The position numbers and the translations under genes are program-made. A stretch of 56,617 nt of DNA, counting the filler, from a bacterium (GTDB lineage: Bacteria; UBA9089; CG2-30-40-21; SBAY01), in the NCBI GenBank assembly GCA_040757115.1. It is 3 parts of 3 records of this genome, joined end to end, with 100 filler letters (N's around TTAATTAATTAA, not from the genome) between each part and the next. Parts side by side here need not be neighbours in the genome. Positions count along the whole stretch, not along the records: positions 37,821 to 56,617 come from JBFLYA010000065.1; 2 more parts are not named here. One strand, written 5' to 3'. Below, piece after piece: positions 52,201 to 56,617 of the stretch (the first letter of the stretch is position 1; each line of letters starts with the position of its first letter). The notes under the pieces are model-generated. The model did not search any database. It was not told where the DNA came from and was given only the letters and a program-made list of their open reading frames with translations.

Positions 52201-54428
52201 CACCAAGAAAACAGTTTATCATGTAGTCCTTCTTTCATAAATAATTCCACTGTTTCTTTAGTTCTCTCAGCAGATATGAGGTGCTCAATGGCATCAAGAA
52301 GAGGATATATATCCTCAATAGACTTCTTATGTTCCGATAAGAGGGATGCCTGGTTGAGGTAGAAATCTCCTGCCTTGCTATGAAGATAGATTTTTTCTTT
52401 ATCTTTTAATTGACTTAACACATATTCCCTTACTATTGCGTGAACATCATAAGTTTCTTCTTGAGGTCTTGACACAAGACATCGCTGGATTAGTTCATTC
52501 AAAGCATGAAGGCTCTCTCTTTCAGGCATATCTGTCACAAAAGAAAAAGCCTTTAGGTCACATGGTTTTAAAAATATACAAACAGAATGGAGAGCCTTCT
52601 TCAAATTTGAATCGTGAGAAATCCTTTTGTAAGCCCGAGAGACGACATTAGTAGTAATCTTCTCTAATTTGCCCAACCAAAGGATGTCATCATTTATAAT
52701 TGTTTGGATACCTGTAGAAGATAGGGAAGGAGCTATCCACTCTAATGCACCAGGATGTCCTTGCATCTTTTCTCTTACCAGTGTTCTTATATCTTCAACC
52801 GACTTCTCCAAAATTGGTCTATCTTCTTCAGAAATTCCCCTCTTGAGTATTTCTATTCCCGCAGATTCATCAACACCTTTAAGAAATATATGATGGAATT
52901 CCTTCTCTTCTGAATCTTTAGGTATCACCCACGCAGTAAGTATCAGCCTTGCACTCTCTAAATTCCTTGAGCAAGTTAAAAACTTAGCAAAACCCTCATC
53001 CTTTGGTTTAAGGGTTTTCCTATCAACAAGAACCTCAAATTGGTCAATAATAACAAGACATGAGTTCTTCTCAATTGTGTTTATGACTAATTGAACCTGC
53101 TCATCTACGGTGCTACCACCAAAATCTATATCCTCATCGGTTAGATATTTAATCAGTCGTCTTCCAAACTCAGAAAATGAAGGTGGTTTATCATAGTTAA
53201 GGCGTCTCCAATAATACCTTTTGAACTGCAACCATTTATCTTTTATTATTTTTTCAAAAAGTGCTGAAAGTAATTTTGACTTGCCGATTCCTTTAATGCC
53301 TACAATAGCAAAAGAATACCCTTTGAGTAAATTAAGGCATTTTTCTATCTCTTCTTCGCGTCCAAATAAATCTTTAGCTGGAACCTTATATTCTTCTTCT
53401 GAAATAGGTATAATTTTTCTTTTTCTTTCTTCCCTTTCCTTCCTTTCTTGCATCTCTTCCAAAACTTGAATAATCTCTGGTGGAAAAGGCTCCCTAAGGA
53501 ATCGGTTCTCTTTAACATCGGAAGTAGTACTGATGTTAATCTGTATTTTATTATTTACCAATGTCTCTAATATCTGGGCATTCTTATTAGAAAACCCATC
53601 AATGAATATAGATTTAACCAATGGACCATATTTTTCTTTGTCCTCTGGGCGCATTTGAATAACCACTTCAATCGCATAAGGGGTGTAGGAGCTGATCTCG
53701 GTCTGATTGTGTAACCACCAATAAATTTCATCATGTGGGTCAAGTCTAAAATTCCTTACTGTTTCGAATGATACCCGATTACTTGCTATATCCAATTCAT
53801 CAGAGAAGCGTAACATCGCCCCTATTAGTCGTTTGCGTTCATTCGAATTGAACTTGAACTTCTCGTCACAATCGTCAATTGGTAGTTTAGAATGGTACTT
53901 GCAGACATCCATCAAGTCCTCTACAAGATTTGAAGGAATAGTTTTAGCTGCAGGACCAAGGACAGAGTCTCCAGTCTCGTAGGCATACTCAATCCAGGCG
54001 GCACTGAAGTAGTGGTGGTTTTTGCGAATAGCTTTCTGCTCGTCTATGCTGTAGCTACTGGATGTCGAAGCAGTAAAGGTAACATCAAACTCTGCGCCCA
54101 TTTTTTCAGCCCTCTCCTTAATCTCAGGGAATCTGATAACATCACACTGCATTCCTATATCGTGCAAGTAGATACCTGCCAAAACCAGATACATTTCTTG
54201 TGCAGAAATGGGTTTACCTTGATTAACTTCTAACAATTTGTTTTTAAAATTTTCTACTACTCGCTCGCAATGTGTTTCATCATGGTAAGTACAATCCCGA
54301 ATGATGCGTGGTGCATCAGAAGCCCATATATCTTCCATTGCTTCTCGAATTTGTGCAAGATTGGAGCGAAGACGATTGTTGGCAATATCCTTCAAAAGTT
54401 GTTCCTCAATAGCGGAAAATTTAGCCAT
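49296..54428 (-). CDS. HD-domain - STAND NTPase - TPR protein (NLR/Avs-like), 1710 aa
   Basis: YHDETHCERV, YLHDIGM, HH, YHS, RFSDELD (HD); FGREEE, GIKGIGKS, LVIIDQFE, LILT, GHPGAL, VHAIVR (STAND); ~950 aa of TPRs. Confidence 0.9.
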   Translation of the reverse strand: MAKFSAIEEQLLKDIANNRLRSNLAQIREAMEDIWASDAPRIIRDCTYHDETHCERVVENFKNKLLEVNQGKPISAQEMYLVLAGIYLHDIGMQCDVIRFPEIKERAEKMGAEFDVTFTASTSSSYSIDEQKAIRKNHHYFSAAWIEYAYETGDSVLGPAAKTIPSNLVEDLMDVCKYHSKLPIDDCDEKFKFNSNERKRLIGAMLRFSDELDIASNRVSFETVRNFRLDPHDEIYWWLHNQTEISSYTPYAIEVVIQMRPEDKEKYGPLVKSIFIDGFSNKNAQILETLVNNKIQINISTTSDVKENRFLREPFPPEIIQVLEEMQERKEREERKRKIIPISEEEYKVPAKDLFGREEEIEKCLNLLKGYSFAIVGIKGIGKSKLLSALFEKIIKDKWLQFKRYYWRRLNYDKPPSFSEFGRRLIKYLTDEDIDFGGSTVDEQVQLVINTIEKNSCLVIIDQFEVLVDRKTLKPKDEGFAKFLTCSRNLESARLILTAWVIPKDSEEKEFHHIFLKGVDESAGIEILKRGISEEDRPILEKSVEDIRTLVREKMQGHPGALEWIAPSLSSTGIQTIINDDILWLGKLEKITTNVVSRAYKRISHDSNLKKALHSVCIFLKPCDLKAFSFVTDMPERESLHALNELIQRCLVSRPQEETYDVHAIVREYVLSQLKDKEKIYLHSKAGDFYLNQASLLSEHKKSIEDIYPLLDAIEHLISAERTKETVELFMKEGLHDKLFSWCYFRELMNIYKGFEEKRKEIPEDKLSILLGNLGLVFRDLGDIQEAKRYYKEALSIAQVCQDKNSECTQLVNLGDVCHFLGEIDESIEYHNLAKAFFKEIKNRKIEGRNFGCLGNALHSKGDLEKAEEYYKQAIDICREPESKDRRYEGIWLGDLGNIYEERDEHKKAIECYELAHAIAIETKDRRHESWWLGVLGNQYYKSGYSSKAIDFLKDALSISKSILFRKGIHYQLSSLGNIYWASAEFLEAIEYYKEAVKISKEMRSLENEISDLWNIGIVYFDLLEFYQAIEYFEYGLDIAKKMRNRQHESNILSKIGESYSKLEQFDKAIGYLSKALKIAQEDEDLQNEGNYISMLGDVYIKSGQSDKAMECFIQAENIAKEIGDEQYEDSVQDFFKEKIKQWDKKNKKIGSLSDELSNAKENKDLTNQMKALCNLGNIYALLSQFKQAEEYYRDGLEIAKKIGDKQQEGSFVSNLGNLSFFSNQFSKAIDYYHQAIAVAKGSGDFISEGVYSNQLCKIYLAEANQLFKNDQIETALEECDKAIEIGSNLAKTYEMVGDIYLKLGKSKDNNKFFDNGIENYTRAIQIKPTSSLFHGRGNCYVYKKDLEKAISDYGEAIRLNPQNIAAIMSKMEIEIWLCRYSEARKTYKDIRINRLSHQYRVIAAHFICLALSLEGIPYEDYMASLKDITIKLFKDIYDPNDIEPYISEPKLKELGISQDRIDNALIIHNLFKKHYLSEEDVIKYKQALKEANDLFKKDNLEKAAEKYTEVLEINPSFAGAYNRRGICYRILAVCSPEYAENYLNMAIQDFTKAIKIEPGNDNNYMQRAGCYSQKGDLVNSIPDYQMATGLNPLNKMAFLGEMEVKICLRRYNEVIATYKRLTRGTLLDKEKVIAASLVCIALALEGKDYKNYIDPLNDMEVKLTDISGKHEWLTVEIDWHLTELEKENYMPDRVAIAKEIQALFKNHFV

Positions 54429-54595
54429 GATTCTGTACCTCTTAACAATCTGTTTATACTTATGACAATATCATCTTAATTAGGAGTCTTACATAAATAA
54501 AAAAAACCAGGTTATTCATTCTCTTTTTTTCCAATTTATCTTTAAAAATAAGCTGATGACACCTAACATTTCTTAAATTAAGGGCACGGCATTGC

Positions 54596-54940
54596 ATATA
54601 ACGGGATGCGGATGAGCGAAGTGCCCCTTTAGGGGCATAGGTTCGACAGGCTCACTACAAATTTTGGCTTCAGCCCCGACCCGCAAGCGCGACCCACTTC
54701 GTGGGTTCCCCGCCGCCGCTGATAGCCGAAGTGACGCTTCGCAACTTCCCTTTTTCAAAGATTCCCCTTGAGTTACATAAAGCTTCCGCCTTTCGCTCAT
54801 CTGCATCCCGATAACCAAAATGCGAACCCCAAAGGGGTTCGAGCGAAGCGTCATTTTGGTTATCGTTCGCGGTGTTTGTGAAGTGCGAGCGTTAGCGAGC
54901 ATTTGGGTGAGCGCAGCGAGCCACAAACACCGTGTTATCT
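54596..54940 (-). other. composite attC-like site
   Basis: ATATAAC, mini-element, host hairpin CGGTGTTTGTG..CACAAACACCG-t-GTTATCT. Confidence 0.85.
54603..54864. mobile_element. gene-less mini-cassette, copy 4 (262 bp)
   Basis: Same structure; extra GAACCCCAAAGGGGTTC hairpin in the small loop. Confidence 0.85.
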
Positions 54941-54957
54941 GAAATCCAACAATAGTA

Positions 54958-55743
54958 TCATAATGGTTTGTTACAAACAAACATTGTAAGAATGTATTTC
55001 CCCTTTCCAAAGATGAAACGGTCATAGGAGTGTTCTAACTTCATCTGTTTTACTTCAACTCCTACCTCTTTTAAAAGATCAAGCCAAGTCGATAGATTGA
55101 AACGGCCTATTGTACCGATGTCGGAGTGAATTTCCAATTTGCCTTTACGCCGGATCAAAAAGACTAATGTTGCTTCATAAGTTGTCCCAGCAGGATCAGG
55201 AACATAATTGTTTTCAAAAATTGTGATTTCAGTATCTCCTTTGGAACCAGTATAGACAAAATTATTCTCTTTGAATTCTTCTTTAATATTAGCTACGATC
55301 AAGAGCACTCCGCCTGGTTTCAAGTGGTTGTATGCAGTAATAATTGCACCTCTGAGGTCTTCTACCGTTGTCATGTGGCCTATAGAATCAGGAATAGCAA
55401 TGGCATCAAAACATTCCTTTAATCGCATTGCTCGCATATCGCCATAAAGATAAGTTACTTCTGGGTTGCGTTCTTTTGCAATTTTAAGCATATCTTCACT
55501 AATATCCACCCCTGTTACCTTAAAGTGTCTTTTAAAGGTGTAATCATTGCCACCCGCCCCACAACCAAGATGAAGCAATGTTCTTGCTTCGATTTTTGAA
55601 TGCTCCTTAATTACCTTGCTAAATAGCTCTGTTTCTTCTGCATACTCCTCATGTGGAGCAATGATTGATTCAGTCCAAGCAAGGTCACTGTAGGAACGCC
55701 ATTTAGTCGTCTTCATTCCATATTTCTCTCTTAATTTTTTCAT
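54958..55743 (-). CDS. class I SAM-dependent methyltransferase
   Basis: LLHLGCGAG, GVDISEDML, GDMR, HLKPGG. Confidence 0.9.
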   Translation of the reverse strand: MKKLREKYGMKTTKWRSYSDLAWTESIIAPHEEYAEETELFSKVIKEHSKIEARTLLHLGCGAGGNDYTFKRHFKVTGVDISEDMLKIAKERNPEVTYLYGDMRAMRLKECFDAIAIPDSIGHMTTVEDLRGAIITAYNHLKPGGVLLIVANIKEEFKENNFVYTGSKGDTEITIFENNYVPDPAGTTYEATLVFLIRRKGKLEIHSDIGTIGRFNLSTWLDLLKEVGVEVKQMKLEHSYDRFIFGKGKYILTMFVCNKPL

Positions 55744-55766
55744 TTCTAACCCTTAAGTTGGATTTC

Positions 55767-55824
55767 AGATAACGGGATGCGGATGAGCGAAGTGCTTTAG
55801 CATTTCGTTTATGCTGAGTTATCT
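55767..55824 (-). other. short (58-bp) attC-like site
   Basis: AGATAAC-gggat-GCGGATGAGCGAAGTGC-ttta-GCATTTCGTTTATGCTGA-GTTATCT. Confidence 0.7.
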
Positions 55825-55850
55825 GCCGTTGTGGGCAATTTTCTCATTTT

Positions 55851-56249
55851 TTATTTCTCAAATATTACTTTTCTATTCGAATGGTCAAATTTAATATCAA
55901 ACTGATCGAATATGTCTAACCTACCAAGTAAAAATGGCACCTCTTCTATTAAAACCCAACCAATTCGAGTTTCAACCTCATCATTTCCTATTTTAATCTT
56001 GACCCGTTTGATGATATAGGGAATTGCTCCTTCCCCAATGCCTTTGAGTTCTTTAATTTCTTCTTTTTCTATTTCAAATCCCAAGTAATCTCCTGCTCTT
56101 TTTGGTATCAAAGTAATATCTGCGCCAGAATCAAGGAGCATTTCGCATCTAAAACTCTTTTCACCACTGGTAACTCGGAGAACTACATATGGTTTCCGAA
56201 TTACTCCAAAATCCTTTAATTGTTCTTCACAATAAGGGAATTCAATCAT
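55851..56249 (-). CDS. retropepsin-like aspartic protease
   Basis: LLDSGADIT, GIG, LLGR..F..F. Confidence 0.88.
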   Translation of the reverse strand: MIEFPYCEEQLKDFGVIRKPYVVLRVTSGEKSFRCEMLLDSGADITLIPKRAGDYLGFEIEKEEIKELKGIGEGAIPYIIKRVKIKIGNDEVETRIGWVLIEEVPFLLGRLDIFDQFDIKFDHSNRKVIFEK

Positions 56250-56461
56250 ACTATCATCAACTCCTCCTTTGGGATTTTAGCAATAAGTGGGTCATCTGAA
56301 ACTTTTTTTGCTTTCTCAATTACCCCTATAAAATCAATCCCATGAGCCACTATTTCCTCTCCTGCAACAGCAATATATTCCCCCCTATATTTAAGCCTTT
56401 CTTCTGAATGTGAATCTAACCAATCTGCTTCCTTATCACAGGGTATTTTATTATGTTTCAT
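56246..56461 (-). CDS. DUF5678-like small protein
   Basis: KYRGEYIAV.GE.IVAHG pattern; ATGA-coupled to the protease. Confidence 0.75.
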   Translation of the reverse strand: MKHNKIPCDKEADWLDSHSEERLKYRGEYIAVAGEEIVAHGIDFIGVIEKAKKVSDDPLIAKIPKEELMIV

Positions 56462-56617
56462 CTTTTTATCATCTCCTCTTTTTTAAATTTTTTCGACCTG
56501 TGCGGTTAGATTTTATGCTGCCAATTTGAGTTCTATCTTACCCTCTTCAAACCATCTTTTAGTTTCATTGTTTCTTACCATAGCAGTTATTGAGGCAAGA
56601 GTTACTGAACCAGGCTT

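Noticed and set aside
38733-55824. CRISPR array
   Set aside because: Repeats are 58-345 bp, separated by whole genes, with GTT/AAC cores; no cas genes

Overview
AT-rich bacterial sequence made of three ~18.8-kb pieces joined by N-TTAATTAATTAA-N linkers (18821-18920, 37721-37820), so adjacency across the linkers is not biological. Piece 1: an integron integrase split by a 175-bp MITE; a short cassette array whose attI and Pc lie downstream of intI and point back at it; housekeeping genes (coaE, galT, nadK, rfbD-like, lnt); and an rRNA operon with an expanded 23S, two small paralogous ORFs in the ITS and ~2.7 kb of protein-coding DNA between 23S and 5S. Piece 2: a 4085-aa repetitive Ig/FN3/PKD surface protein, a beta-barrel, a FecR-domain protein and a B12 radical SAM enzyme, with nested MITEs. 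Piece 3: an integrase-free cassette array with 9 atypical attC-like sites, rich in defence/TA genes. Best candidates for novelty: (i) a 6.5-kb cassette encoding an HD-domain STAND NTPase-TPR (NLR/Avs-like) protein, a cytoplasmic S8 protease and a stand-alone copy of that protease's prodomain; (ii) a gene-less, self-complementary mini-cassette inserted four times at the same position of different attC sites, with a GAT/ATC core; (iii) cassette-specific 16-20-bp terminal inverted repeats with a conserved mismatch; (iv) MITE-like elements carrying internally deleted GxxExxY genes. All calls come from reading motifs; no database searches were run.
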